From: Candidatus Faeciplasma sp.
GTDB lineage: Bacteria; Bacillota; Clostridia; Oscillospirales; Ruminococcaceae
DNA: 34,556 nucleotides
Reading direction: 5' to 3'
Assembly: GCA_045537675.1 (NCBI GenBank)
Contig: JAZSPX010000176.1
Location: forward strand, 1 to 34,556
Positions 13,601 to 22,220 of this stretch are shown here, piece after piece. The translations under genes were made by a program, and so were the position numbers. The notes under the pieces were generated by a model that did no database searches, was not told the origin of the DNA, and was given only the letters and a program-made list of their open reading frames with translations. Positions within the stretch are counted from its first letter, which is position 1; every line of letters begins with the position of its first letter.

Positions 13601-14137
13601 TTATTTGTTAGGCAAAGCTTTATATCTTGCAACGGTTTCGTTGTTATAGCCTACAATGCAGCTGTTATTGTGAGCATATATTTCCAAAATTGCTGTTTTA
13701 ATTTCATCCAGCTTGTCCTTGCCCATCGAAACAACCGGTCTCGGCTTCATGCCTTTAGAGGCAAGATAAAGCGAATCGGTAACCTGAATGGGAATAAACA
13801 AAACTGTGTTGGTCTGTCTGTGCTTGTAAGTCCATAAAATTTCGTCATAAGTAAATATGTAACCTGTAGCTTTGCAGAATACAAAGCTTTCGGTAAGTGT
13901 TAATCTACCCTTCATCAGCTTCTTGCTGTCAGCAGATATAAGCTGTGTAGCAGCCTGTTCCATTTGTCCGTTTGCTTCAAGCTTTTTAAGGCTTTTGTTT
14001 GCACGAATGAGCGAAGGGAGAGTTCTGCAAAGAAAAACAATAAATGCAAAGAAGCCGACAATAGGGATAATCATTAAAATAACCGTAACGATCCAATTAG
14101 GTCTAACATAGCCCGCAACAATTTTTTTACTGTCCAT
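13601..14137 (-). CDS. Membrane-anchored protein of unknown function (one N-terminal TM helix plus a soluble domain of about 120 aa)
   Basis: 178-aa ORF. The TM segment is WIVTVILMIIPIVGFFAFIVFL. The C-terminal domain carries ..GRLTLTESFVFCKATGYIFTYDEILWTYKH.., a pattern that looks bacterial-PH/YcxB-like by eye. Confidence 0.6.
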   Translation of the reverse strand: MDSKKIVAGYVRPNWIVTVILMIIPIVGFFAFIVFLCRTLPSLIRANKSLKKLEANGQMEQAATQLISADSKKLMKGRLTLTESFVFCKATGYIFTYDEILWTYKHRQTNTVLFIPIQVTDSLYLASKGMKPRPVVSMGKDKLDEIKTAILEIYAHNNSCIVGYNNETVARYKALPNK

Positions 14138-14200
14138 TTTCCATTTTTCCTTGATTTTTAAAATAGTTTCATATAAAAATTCGGGTATTGGGATAAAATC

Positions 14201-14233
14201 GGGGTAAATTCGCCTGCTTGACTATTTACACCC
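14201..14233 (-). terminator. Possible weak terminator after lysS
   Basis: GGGGTAAAT...ATTTACACC is an imperfect stem. The minus-strand reading is followed by GATTTTATCCC. Confidence 0.35.
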
Positions 14234-14263
14234 TATTAAAATCATTGATATTACCGGTCTTGC

Positions 14264-15844
14264 TTAATCCAACGACTTCATTGTGGGGAAGAGCAAAACG
14301 TCGCGGATCGCGGGCGAGTTGGTAAGAAGCATTACAAGTCTGTCGATGCCATAGCCAATGCCGCCTGTGGGGGGCATGCCCAATTCAAGTGCGTGCAAGA
14401 AGTCCTCGTCGGTGTGGTTTGCTTCGTCGTTGCCACTGGCAAACTGCTTTTCCTGCTCTTCAAATCTTTCGCGCTGGTCAATGGGGTCGTTAAGCTCGGA
14501 ATATGCGTTACACATCTCTCTGCCATAGATGAAAAGCTCGAAGCGTTCAACATAATCGGGCTTGTCGGGCTTTCTCTTGGTGAGGGGCGAGATCTCGACA
14601 GGGTGGTCTAAAATGAACGTGGGCTGAATGAGGTGCTCTTCAACAAATTCCTCGAAGAAGAGGTTTAAAATGTCGCCCTTTGCGTGGCGAGCTTCATAGT
14701 GAACGCCCTTTTCGTCTGCGATCTTCTTAGCTTCTTCGGTGTCCTTAATTTCATCAAAGTCAACGCCCGCATACTTCTTAACAGCTTCAATCATGGTTAA
14801 GCGCTCGAAAGGCTTGCCGAGGTCGATTACAGCTTCGTTATAGGGAATAGTTGTAGTTCCGCAAACTTCCATCGCTACGTGACGGAACATATTCTCTGTC
14901 AGTTCCATCATGCCGTAATAGTCGGTGTAAGCCTGATAAAGCTCCATAAGGGTGAATTCGGGGTTGTGACGGGTGTCAACGCCTTCGTTTCTGAAAACTC
15001 TGCCGATTTCATAAACTCTGTCAAGTCCGCCAACAATAAGTCTCTTAAGGTATAATTCAAGCGAGATACGAAGCTTAACATCCTCGTTAAGGGCGTTATA
15101 GTGGGTCTCGAAGGGTCTTGCTGCGGCACCGCCTGCGTTAGAAACGAGCATGGGTGTCTCAACCTCGATAAAGTTTAAGTTATCCAAATATCTGCGGATA
15201 GATGCAATGATCTTCGAGCGTGCGATAAAGGTCTTCTTAACGTCGGGGTTCACGATAAGGTCTGTATATCTCTGGCGGTAACGGGTATCTCTGTCCTTTA
15301 AGCCATGCCACTTTTCAGGAAGCGGTGCCAGCGACTTTGACAAAAGTGTTACCTTTTTAGCGTGAAGCGAAATTTCGCCCTTGCGTGTTCTGAAAACAAA
15401 GCCTTCAACACCAACGATGTCGCCGATGTCCCACTTCTTGAATTCCTTGAACTCTTCCTCGCCGATGTCGTTCATTCTAACGTAAACCTGCATACGGTCA
15501 GAGGTGTCACGAACGTCGATAAAGTTGGCCTTGCCCATGTCGCGCCACGACATGATTCTGCCGGCAATGCGCCAAACGCCTTCGTGAATTTTTTCAAGTC
15601 CTGCGTTCAAAGCGTCAGCGTCTTCGCCTGCCTGCGCAATAACACGCGCTTCCTCAGCCTCGTAGTATTCACGGAGCTGTGCGTTTGTTGTATTAAAATC
15701 ATACTTGGTAATCTCGAAGGGGTTGCGGCCCTCTGCCTTTAAGGTGTCGAGCTTTTCAAGTCTGATTCTCTTTAACTCGTTAACTGCCGCTAAATCCTCG
15801 ACTTCTTCGTCAAGGGGGGCATTAGTCAAAATTTCTTCTGTCAT
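14264..15844 (-). CDS. lysS: Lysine--tRNA ligase (class II)
   Basis: 526 aa with an N-terminal OB anticodon-binding region and class II motifs (..FRNEGVDTRHNPEFT.., ..GGIGYGIDRLVMLLT..). It sits immediately downstream of greA, as in many Firmicutes. Confidence 0.95.
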   Translation of the reverse strand: MTEEILTNAPLDEEVEDLAAVNELKRIRLEKLDTLKAEGRNPFEITKYDFNTTNAQLREYYEAEEARVIAQAGEDADALNAGLEKIHEGVWRIAGRIMSWRDMGKANFIDVRDTSDRMQVYVRMNDIGEEEFKEFKKWDIGDIVGVEGFVFRTRKGEISLHAKKVTLLSKSLAPLPEKWHGLKDRDTRYRQRYTDLIVNPDVKKTFIARSKIIASIRRYLDNLNFIEVETPMLVSNAGGAAARPFETHYNALNEDVKLRISLELYLKRLIVGGLDRVYEIGRVFRNEGVDTRHNPEFTLMELYQAYTDYYGMMELTENMFRHVAMEVCGTTTIPYNEAVIDLGKPFERLTMIEAVKKYAGVDFDEIKDTEEAKKIADEKGVHYEARHAKGDILNLFFEEFVEEHLIQPTFILDHPVEISPLTKRKPDKPDYVERFELFIYGREMCNAYSELNDPIDQRERFEEQEKQFASGNDEANHTDEDFLHALELGMPPTGGIGYGIDRLVMLLTNSPAIRDVLLFPTMKSLD

Positions 15845-15874
15845 TTTAATTCTTCCTTTATTAAAATAGGGTAA

Positions 15875-16351
15875 TTACTTGTTGATGTCCAAAACCTCGA
15901 ACTTCAGGGTGCCCATGGGTACCTCAACCTCGAACACGTCGCCAACCTTCTTTTTAAGGCAAGCCTTGCCGATGGGAGATTCGTCCGAAATCTTGTTGTT
16001 GTCGGGGTCAGATTCGGTGGAACCAACGATCTGAACTTCCATAATGTCGTCCAAATCGAAATCCTTAAGCTTAACAAACGAGCCAACGCCGACTTCGTCC
16101 AACGAAAGGCTGTCGTCATCAACGATAATTGCGTTTGCAATTACCATTTCAAGGTCAGCAATCTGAGCCTCTAACATACCCTGTTCGTTTTTAGCTTCAT
16201 CATATTCTGCGTTTTCGGAAAGGTCACCGTAAGAGCGTGCCTCTTTAAGTTTATCTGCAACCTCTTTACGTCTAATCGTAACTAAGTATTCAAGCTCCTC
16301 CTGAAGCTTGTTAAAGCCGTCTCTGGACATTGTTGTTGCCTTAATAGCCAT
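15875..16351 (-). CDS. greA: Transcription elongation factor GreA
   Basis: Contains GDLSENAEYDEAKNEQGMLEAQIADLE and the C-terminal FKBP-like domain. ATG 16351 lies 7 nt after GGAGGA. The ORF-track start at 16357 is a TTG. Confidence 0.93.
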   Translation of the reverse strand: MAIKATTMSRDGFNKLQEELEYLVTIRRKEVADKLKEARSYGDLSENAEYDEAKNEQGMLEAQIADLEMVIANAIIVDDDSLSLDEVGVGSFVKLKDFDLDDIMEVQIVGSTESDPDNNKISDESPIGKACLKKKVGDVFEVEVPMGTLKFEVLDINK

Positions 16352-16409
16352 GGTCAAATCCTCCGTTTTATAAATTCGGGCGCTACTGCGCCTAATATAC
16401 TAAAGTAAT

Positions 16410-16438
16410 ATTATAGCTGTTAAACAGCAAGTTGTCAA
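16410..16438 (-). promoter_or_regulatory. Consensus sigma-A promoter of greA-lysS
   Basis: Minus-strand reading: TTGACA (16433-16438), 17 nt, TATAAT (16410-16415). The 5' UTR contains the hairpin GGCGC-agta-GCGCC. Confidence 0.8.
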
Positions 16439-16454
16439 GAGGGGCAAATCATGC

Positions 16455-16487
16455 CAAAAACGCCCGGCCTGCAAATCAGGTCGGGCG
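16455..16487 (-). terminator. Terminator of the sugar ABC operon
   Basis: Minus-strand reading: CGCCCGACCT-gatttgc-AGGCCGGGCG followed by TTTTTG. Confidence 0.8.
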
Positions 16488-16512
16488 CAAATTATGCAGC
16501 AATTTTTTCAAA

Positions 16513-17550
16513 TTACTGTTTGTCTTTGTTCTTTCTGAGAAGAACAAGACTTTGAACGACAAGGAACACACAAATCATGGCAGCAACGGTAATGTTGGTC
16601 CACCATGCTTCGTCCAAGCCTAACGAAGAAACTATGTTCTTGATTGTGCTTAACGAAAGCACACCAAAGAAGGTTCCCACAATGTTGCCAACACCGCCGC
16701 TAAGCATTGTACCGCCGATGATAGACGAAGCGATAGCGTTCATTTCGGCACCGCTGGCATGAGAGGGCGAACCCGAGCCAACGTGCATAAAGTATACAAA
16801 GCCGCCTATACCTGCAAGCAGGCTGCACAAAAGGTGTGCCATAAACTTTGTGCGCCTAACGTTAATGCCAAGCATGTTTGCGCTTTGCATGTTGCCGCCT
16901 ACGGCATAAAATCCTCGTCCAAGCTTGGACCAGCGCAAGAGAACAAACAGCAAGATTACAACAACAATGGAAACTATAACGCCGGGTTCAACGTAAGCTT
17001 TGACATAATTGCCGAGCTTGTTTACCGAGCCCATGCCGGGCACGTAAATTCTGAAGCCTTTAAGCTTCTGAAAAGCCTCGTGAGCGACGTTGAACTGCGT
17101 CGAGTTGACTATCGTCGTCATGCCCTTGGCAAAGAACATGCCCGCCAGCGACACAATGAACGGCTGAATATTCAAATAAGCAACCAGATAGCCCTGAACA
17201 ACGCCGAATGCCAGACCAATGCACAAGGCAATAACCATTGCGCTGAAAACGTTACCGCCGTTATAGTCCAAATGCACAGCACAGCTCATGCAGACCAAAG
17301 CAGTCAACGTACCGACCGAGATGTCGATACCGCCGGTTATCATAACAATGCTCATGCCGCAGGACAAAATGATGAGGTAAGCGTTGTCGTTAAGAATGTT
17401 AAATAAGGTCTGAGGTTTTCTGAATCCTGCACCCAGAAATACAACAGCGCAGATATACATTACCAAAAATACTACAATTGTAATCGTCAGAAGCAGATTG
17501 GTGTCAGACAATCCGCCGACTTTTTTAAGGAGACTGTTTTTCTTATTCAT
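16513..17550 (-). CDS. Sugar ABC transporter permease (CUT2 family, YjfF-like)
   Basis: Polytopic protein resembling RbsC/YjfF. ATG 17550 lies 9 nt after AAGGAGG and is separated from the upstream stop (TGA 17552-17554) by a single nucleotide. Confidence 0.88.
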   Translation of the reverse strand: MNKKNSLLKKVGGLSDTNLLLTITIVVFLVMYICAVVFLGAGFRKPQTLFNILNDNAYLIILSCGMSIVMITGGIDISVGTLTALVCMSCAVHLDYNGGNVFSAMVIALCIGLAFGVVQGYLVAYLNIQPFIVSLAGMFFAKGMTTIVNSTQFNVAHEAFQKLKGFRIYVPGMGSVNKLGNYVKAYVEPGVIVSIVVVILLFVLLRWSKLGRGFYAVGGNMQSANMLGINVRRTKFMAHLLCSLLAGIGGFVYFMHVGSGSPSHASGAEMNAIASSIIGGTMLSGGVGNIVGTFFGVLSLSTIKNIVSSLGLDEAWWTNITVAAMICVFLVVQSLVLLRKNKDKQ

Positions 17551-17551
17551 A

Positions 17552-18664
17552 TCAGTTAGCCTCCTTAACAAGTTTTGCCGACTTCTTAGCGGTTATCTTT
17601 TTCCAGAGGGCACTCATCTTCTCACGGACAACGGGTGCGCTCATAACTACTAAAATAATAACCACAACAGCCTTATAAGCGGGCAACGAGTCGGAAGCGA
17701 CATTGAACTTATACAACGTGGTGGTAAGGAACTGAATAACATAGGCGCCCAGAATTGAAGCAGTCATGTTGAACTTGCCGCCGCTTAAAGCGTTACCGCC
17801 CAAAGCAACCGCCAGAATAGCGTCCATTTCAATATCCTTCGCAATAACCGAGTAGTTAATGGTGGAAATTCGGCTGACCTTAATCAATGCTGCAACTGCA
17901 ACACAAAGGCCCAAAATAACATAGGTCAAAAACTTTACAAACTTGGGGTTAATGCCGTTAAGGCGTGAGGAGTCGGCGTTGATACCAACCGACTGTGTGT
18001 AAAGGCCAAGGTTTGTAAACTTAAGTACAACTGCAATTACAATCATGCAGGCGATTGCGATAAACACCGGCGTGGGAATGGGTATGCCGGGAATGAAGTT
18101 GCCGTAATAGCTAAAGCTTATTTCGTTAATAATGGGAAGCTCGTTGTTGTTTATCCATGCGGCGATTGAACGGCCTGCGGTAAACATGATGAGCGTTGCA
18201 ACCATTGGCTGAATGTTAAAATAGGCGACCAACGTGCCGTTGAATGCACCAAACAGCATTGCAACAACACAGGCAACCAAAAATGCCACGATAACAGGGG
18301 CCTGCATAACCTCGGGTCTGGCTTCGCTGCCGCAAAGGACCCTGAGCATAACCGAGCCTGCAACTGCGATTGTTGCGCCCACACTAATGTCCTGTCCGCC
18401 CGAGGCTGCAGTTACCAATGTCATGCCAATGGCTAAAATAGCAAGCTCGGAAGCGTTGTTGAGGATTGTAATAAGATAGCCCGAAAGCACCGGGTCGCCG
18501 GCGTTGTTCTGGCCCAGAGTGATTTTAAAGAAGGTCGGATCAGCGATCAGATTGAAGATGACCAGAATCATTAATGCAGCAACAGGAATGAACAACTGCT
18601 GACGCACAATGCCAAGCAAAAAGCTGCGCCAATCTACCTTTTTAAGGGTTTTTGCCTTTGCCAT
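17552..18664 (-). CDS. Sugar ABC transporter permease (CUT2 family, YtfT-like)
   Basis: Polytopic RbsC-like protein. ATG 18664 lies 9 nt after GGAGGTG, and the ATPase stop is at 18666-18668. Confidence 0.88.
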   Translation of the reverse strand: MAKAKTLKKVDWRSFLLGIVRQQLFIPVAALMILVIFNLIADPTFFKITLGQNNAGDPVLSGYLITILNNASELAILAIGMTLVTAASGGQDISVGATIAVAGSVMLRVLCGSEARPEVMQAPVIVAFLVACVVAMLFGAFNGTLVAYFNIQPMVATLIMFTAGRSIAAWINNNELPIINEISFSYYGNFIPGIPIPTPVFIAIACMIVIAVVLKFTNLGLYTQSVGINADSSRLNGINPKFVKFLTYVILGLCVAVAALIKVSRISTINYSVIAKDIEMDAILAVALGGNALSGGKFNMTASILGAYVIQFLTTTLYKFNVASDSLPAYKAVVVIILVVMSAPVVREKMSALWKKITAKKSAKLVKEAN

Positions 18665-18665
18665 C

Positions 18666-20180
18666 TCAACTGTCACCTCCCGCAATGGTAGTCATAATCT
18701 TGTTCTGAGTTAAATCGTCACCTGTAAGCTCGCCAACAACCTTGCGGTCACGCATGACTACAAGTCTCGAGCAGGTACGGAGCATTTCATCAACCTCCGA
18801 CGAGATGAAGGTAATGCTCTTGCCTTGTTCGGCAAGCTTTAAAACAAGCTTCTGAATTTCGATCTTTGTACCTACGTCGATTCCTCGTGTAGGTTCATCT
18901 AAAATGAGGTATTTGGGGTCTGTCAGCAGCCAGCGTGCCAAAATAACCTTTTGCTGGTTGCCGCCCGAAAGCGATTTTATGGGTGTGTCCGACGAAGCCG
19001 TTTTAATGTCCAACAGCTTGATATATTCGTCGGCAAAAGCCTCTGCCTGGGCTCTTGTAAACGGCTTAAAGAAGCCTTTCATTACCTGAAGAGCTAAAAT
19101 AATGTTCTCTCTTACAGACAAATCACCGATGATGCCGTCGTTCTTACGGTCTTCGGGCAGATAGCCAATGCCGTTTTTCATAGCGTCCAACGGCTTGTTG
19201 ATGTTGACCTTGTTGCCGTCGATAAATACTTCGCCGCCAACGGTTCTGTCAGCGCCAAAGATTGCGCGCACCGACTCGCTTCGGCCCGAACCGAGCAAGC
19301 CTGTAAATCCGTTGACCTCGCCCTTGTGAATTGAGAAATCAAACGGCTTAATGCCCGAGGTGCTGGCAAGCTGCTTGGCTTCAAGAACGGGTGTGCCCGA
19401 CAAAGCATTTTCTTCGCCGGTTTCGGCCTTTTTAATTTCAGATAAGTCGTCAAGCTCTTTACCAAGCATTTTTGAAACTAACTGAACACGGGGCAAATCT
19501 TCAATAACATATTCGCCCACCAACATGCCGTCACGCAGAACGGTAATTCTGTCACAGACTTCATAAACCTGGTCCAGGAAGTGAGTTACAAATATAATTC
19601 CTACGCCCTTCTTCTTTAAATCGAGCATAAGCTTAAACAGCTTTGCAACCTCCTGTTCGTCCAGCGAGGACGTAGGCTCGTCTAAGATAAGTACCTTGCA
19701 CTCCATATCCACTGCGCGGGCAATGGCAACCATCTGCTGAACAGCGATCGAACAGCTGCCAAGCTGCTGGGTAGGGCTTGCGGGTATTCCCAAAGATTCT
19801 AAAATTTTGCCGGCATCGGCATTCATCTTCTTCCAGCCGACTGTCGCGCCCTTCGTTCTTCCGATAAACATGTTTTCTGCAACGGTAAGGTTGGGGCAAA
19901 GTGTAATTTCCTGGTACACCGTGCTTATGCCTGCCTTCTGTGCATCCTGAGGGGAACGGATAGTAACCGCCTGGTCGTTGCCGCTTATGTAAATCTTGCC
20001 CTCATCCTTTTGGTAAACACCGGTCAGAACCTTAATCAAGGTCGATTTTCCGGCACCGTTTTCGCCCATCAGCGCATGAATTTCGCCCGCTCTCAGGGTG
20101 AAGTCCACGTTCTGCAAGGCCTTTACACCGGGGAAGTATTTGCATATGCCGCGCATTTCCAATACTGCGCCCTCTTGCAT
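18666..20180 (-). CDS. Sugar ABC transporter ATP-binding protein with two fused ABC domains (RbsA/YtfR-like)
   Basis: Walker A GENGAGKST, second P-loop GLLGSGRSE and signature LSGGNQQK. ATG 20180 (MQEGAVLEMRGI) lies 9 nt after GGAGG. The N-terminal extension in the ORF track was rejected. Confidence 0.92.
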   Translation of the reverse strand: MQEGAVLEMRGICKYFPGVKALQNVDFTLRAGEIHALMGENGAGKSTLIKVLTGVYQKDEGKIYISGNDQAVTIRSPQDAQKAGISTVYQEITLCPNLTVAENMFIGRTKGATVGWKKMNADAGKILESLGIPASPTQQLGSCSIAVQQMVAIARAVDMECKVLILDEPTSSLDEQEVAKLFKLMLDLKKKGVGIIFVTHFLDQVYEVCDRITVLRDGMLVGEYVIEDLPRVQLVSKMLGKELDDLSEIKKAETGEENALSGTPVLEAKQLASTSGIKPFDFSIHKGEVNGFTGLLGSGRSESVRAIFGADRTVGGEVFIDGNKVNINKPLDAMKNGIGYLPEDRKNDGIIGDLSVRENIILALQVMKGFFKPFTRAQAEAFADEYIKLLDIKTASSDTPIKSLSGGNQQKVILARWLLTDPKYLILDEPTRGIDVGTKIEIQKLVLKLAEQGKSITFISSEVDEMLRTCSRLVVMRDRKVVGELTGDDLTQNKIMTTIAGGDS

Positions 20181-20307
20181 GGTTGTTCGCCTCCATTCGA
20201 AATTTTCTCCGATAATTCGGGGATTAAAACGCAAAATTGCCTCTAACACTAATCATCAGATAACAAAGCGTCTTCTGTTACCCGGTGATCAGCTTTAGAG
20301 GTTTAAA

Positions 20308-20360
20308 GGCACGCGGCCGGATACAGGGATATACAATCCACGTATCACGCACCGCGTGCC
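20308..20360 (-). promoter_or_regulatory. Intercistronic GC-rich stem-loop between the binding-protein and ATPase genes
   Basis: GGCACGCGG (20308-20316) pairs with CCGCGTGCC (20352-20360). The inner small hairpins have no strong U-run. Such a structure is typical of an mRNA-stabilising or attenuating hairpin after SBP genes. Confidence 0.5.
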
Positions 20361-20396
20361 CGGGTTTCACTAGTTAAAAATCAAAAGATTTTAAAA

Positions 20397-21377
20397 TTAG
20401 ATACCGTACTGATCAACGTCAGCCTGAGTAATGGTCTTAGCATCAAAGCCCTTTTCGTCCATGATTACAACCTTTTCTGCAGGAGCATTGCCAGCTTCGA
20501 GGCCCTGGATGATTTCATCAATGTAACCAGCCTGGAAGGGGTTGCACTGACCGTCATAGTTCCAGTTGCCCTTCAAGAGTTCTTCCAAAGCCCACTTGTT
20601 GCAGTCGAAGCCCATGATGATAACGTCGCCGTTAACACCGTGAGTGATACCTGCAGCATCAAGAGCAGCTACAGCACCCTTAGCCATGTCGTCGTTTTCA
20701 GCGTAGATTACGTTGAAAGCAGCGCCGGAGTCGATAACAGCCTGAACGATCTGCTGAGCGTTTTCAGCATTCCATTCAGCGGTCTGCTGAGTAACGATGT
20801 TCCAGTTGTCGTTAGCAGCAACCTTAGCGTCCAAAGCGCCGGAACGGCCGATCTGAGCAGCAGAACCCATAACGCCCTGAATGTGGATTACGTTGTAGGT
20901 TTCAAGACCCTGTTCGGTCAACCAGTTAACAGCGGTTTCGCCTTCCTTAGCCATGTCAGAAACGATGGAAGCTACGTACAAGCTGTCGTCAGCATCAATG
21001 GTACGGTCGAACAAGATAACCTGGATACCTGCATCCTGTGCATCCTTCAAAACAGTGTCCCAACCGGAAACGCCTGCAGCAGAGATGAGCAAGTAGTCAA
21101 CTTCGTCCTGAATGAACTTCTGAGCAGCAGCGATCTGTTCTTCGTTCTTGAGGGAGTAAGCGAACTGTGCATCGTAACCGTTTTCCTTGGTGAAGGTTTC
21201 CTTCATGTCACGGTCATTAGCGGTACGGTAGCCGGATTCGTTAGGGTCGTTGTTGATGATACCAACCTTGATCAATTCATCGCCGCCATTGCCGCCTGCA
21301 TCAACAGCAGGGTCGCCGCAAGCTACGAGGCAAAGAGCCATAACCAAAGCCATCATCAAAGCAAAAATCTTTTTCAT
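20397..21377 (-). CDS. Sugar ABC transporter substrate-binding lipoprotein (periplasmic-binding-protein type I, YtfQ/RbsB-like)
   Basis: Signal peptide with a lipobox (..MALCLVAC|GD). The body of about 300 aa is PBP1-like. AAGGAGA RBS. It is the first gene of an SBP-ATPase-permease-permease operon. Confidence 0.88.
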   Translation of the reverse strand: MKKIFALMMALVMALCLVACGDPAVDAGGNGGDELIKVGIINNDPNESGYRTANDRDMKETFTKENGYDAQFAYSLKNEEQIAAAQKFIQDEVDYLLISAAGVSGWDTVLKDAQDAGIQVILFDRTIDADDSLYVASIVSDMAKEGETAVNWLTEQGLETYNVIHIQGVMGSAAQIGRSGALDAKVAANDNWNIVTQQTAEWNAENAQQIVQAVIDSGAAFNVIYAENDDMAKGAVAALDAAGITHGVNGDVIIMGFDCNKWALEELLKGNWNYDGQCNPFQAGYIDEIIQGLEAGNAPAEKVVIMDEKGFDAKTITQADVDQYGI

Positions 21378-21410
21378 AATGTTTTTTCTCCTTATGTAAA
21401 AATTAGCATC

Positions 21411-21423
21411 GTCGATTATCGAC
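21411..21423 (-). promoter_or_regulatory. Perfect inverted repeat GTCGAT-T-ATCGAC in the 5' UTR of the ABC operon; candidate operator
   Basis: 6+1+6 palindrome located between the predicted -10 element and the RBS. Confidence 0.35.
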
Positions 21424-21437
21424 CGATTACTAGTTTA

Positions 21438-21466
21438 AGTATATCGCACGTCGCTGTTAAAGTCAA
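21438..21466 (-). promoter_or_regulatory. Sigma-A promoter of the sugar ABC operon
   Basis: Minus-strand reading: TTGACT (21461-21466), 17 nt, TATACT (21438-21443). Confidence 0.65.
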
Positions 21467-21490
21467 TATTTTCAATATTTTAAGAGGATT

Positions 21491-21603
21491 TTTCGTTAAC
21501 TTAACTAATCAATCCACCATATTTTCGTCGTTATGCAAAAGAATTTTTGTGTGTTTTGCCGCATTTTTTCGTTTTTTGCCTGACAAATCAATGCAGTTTC
21601 GTT
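21491..21603. promoter_or_regulatory. Four spaced TTTCGTT (AACGAAA) motifs upstream of the ABC operon promoter
   Basis: TTTCGTT at 21491, TTTCGTCGTT at 21523, TTTCGTT at 21567 and at 21597. The spacings are 32, 44 and 30 bp (about 3, 4 and 3 helical turns) within a non-coding tract of roughly 200 bp. Confidence 0.3.
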
Positions 21604-21621
21604 ATGTTACCCAAGTGAACA

Positions 21622-21658
21622 ATAAAAACATCAGGGCGGCACAAGGTCATGCCGCCCT
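21622..21658 (-). terminator. Terminator after spoVAC
   Basis: Minus-strand reading: AGGGCGGCA-tgaccttg-TGCCGCCCT followed by GATGTTTTTATT. Confidence 0.8.
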
Positions 21659-21673
21659 ATACTAACCGCTGTT

Positions 21674-22123
21674 TCACGCCGCAAGCGTCTTAATCACCCA
21701 ATAAATAATCCCCCACGCAACGCTGGCAATGGTGCCATATAAAATAACAGGCCCTGCAATGGTGAAAATTTTTGCGCCTACGCCCAAAATCCAGCCCTCG
21801 GTTTTAAATTCAACAGCGGGCGAGACAACGGCGTTTGCAAACCCCGTGATAGGCACCAATGTACCTGCACCGCCGTGCTTGGCAATTTTGGGGTATAAGC
21901 CCGTGCCCGTAAGCACAGCCGAGAAGAACACCAGCGCCACCGAAACGCATGTGCCCACCGATTTTTCATCCATGTCGGTCGTTGCAAAAATATCATGCAG
22001 GCCCTGCCCCACAAGGCAGATAAGTCCGCCGATAACAAATGCCTTTAAAACGTTGCGCCACAGCTTTGAATTGTGCGAAGCCTTCTCTACCATTTTATTA
22101 TATTGCTTGTCCGATATGTTCAT
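21674..22123 (-). CDS. spoVAC: Stage V sporulation protein AC (spore DPA channel subunit)
   Basis: ..WRNVLKAFVIGGLICLVGQGLHDIF.. and four TM helices match SpoVAC. 149 aa. ATG 22123 lies 5 nt after AAGGGTGG. Confidence 0.88.
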   Translation of the reverse strand: MNISDKQYNKMVEKASHNSKLWRNVLKAFVIGGLICLVGQGLHDIFATTDMDEKSVGTCVSVALVFFSAVLTGTGLYPKIAKHGGAGTLVPITGFANAVVSPAVEFKTEGWILGVGAKIFTIAGPVILYGTIASVAWGIIYWVIKTLAA

Positions 22124-22175
22124 TTTAACCACCCTTTCATTAAGGGTAGTTTTTGCTAATTATTTTGAATTATTC

Positions 22176-22210
22176 AAAAACATAAAATCCGGGGCTTTGC
22201 CTCGGATTTT
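22176..22210 (-). terminator. Second hairpin terminator in the rplQ-spoVAC spacer
   Basis: AAAATCCGGGG pairs with CCTCGGATTTT. The minus-strand reading is followed by ATGTTTTT. Confidence 0.6.
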
Positions 22211-22220
22211 ATTCCTTAAT

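Noticed and set aside
16759-17406. 215-aa ORF on the plus strand
   Set aside because: It is antisense to the ABC permease gene, so it is a shadow ORF.
20640-21665. 341-aa ORF on the plus strand
   Set aside because: It lies entirely antisense to the well-supported sugar-binding lipoprotein gene and runs into the AT-rich promoter region. Its composition is low-complexity (S/V/N-rich), it has no RBS, and it is typical of the shadow ORFs found opposite highly expressed genes.
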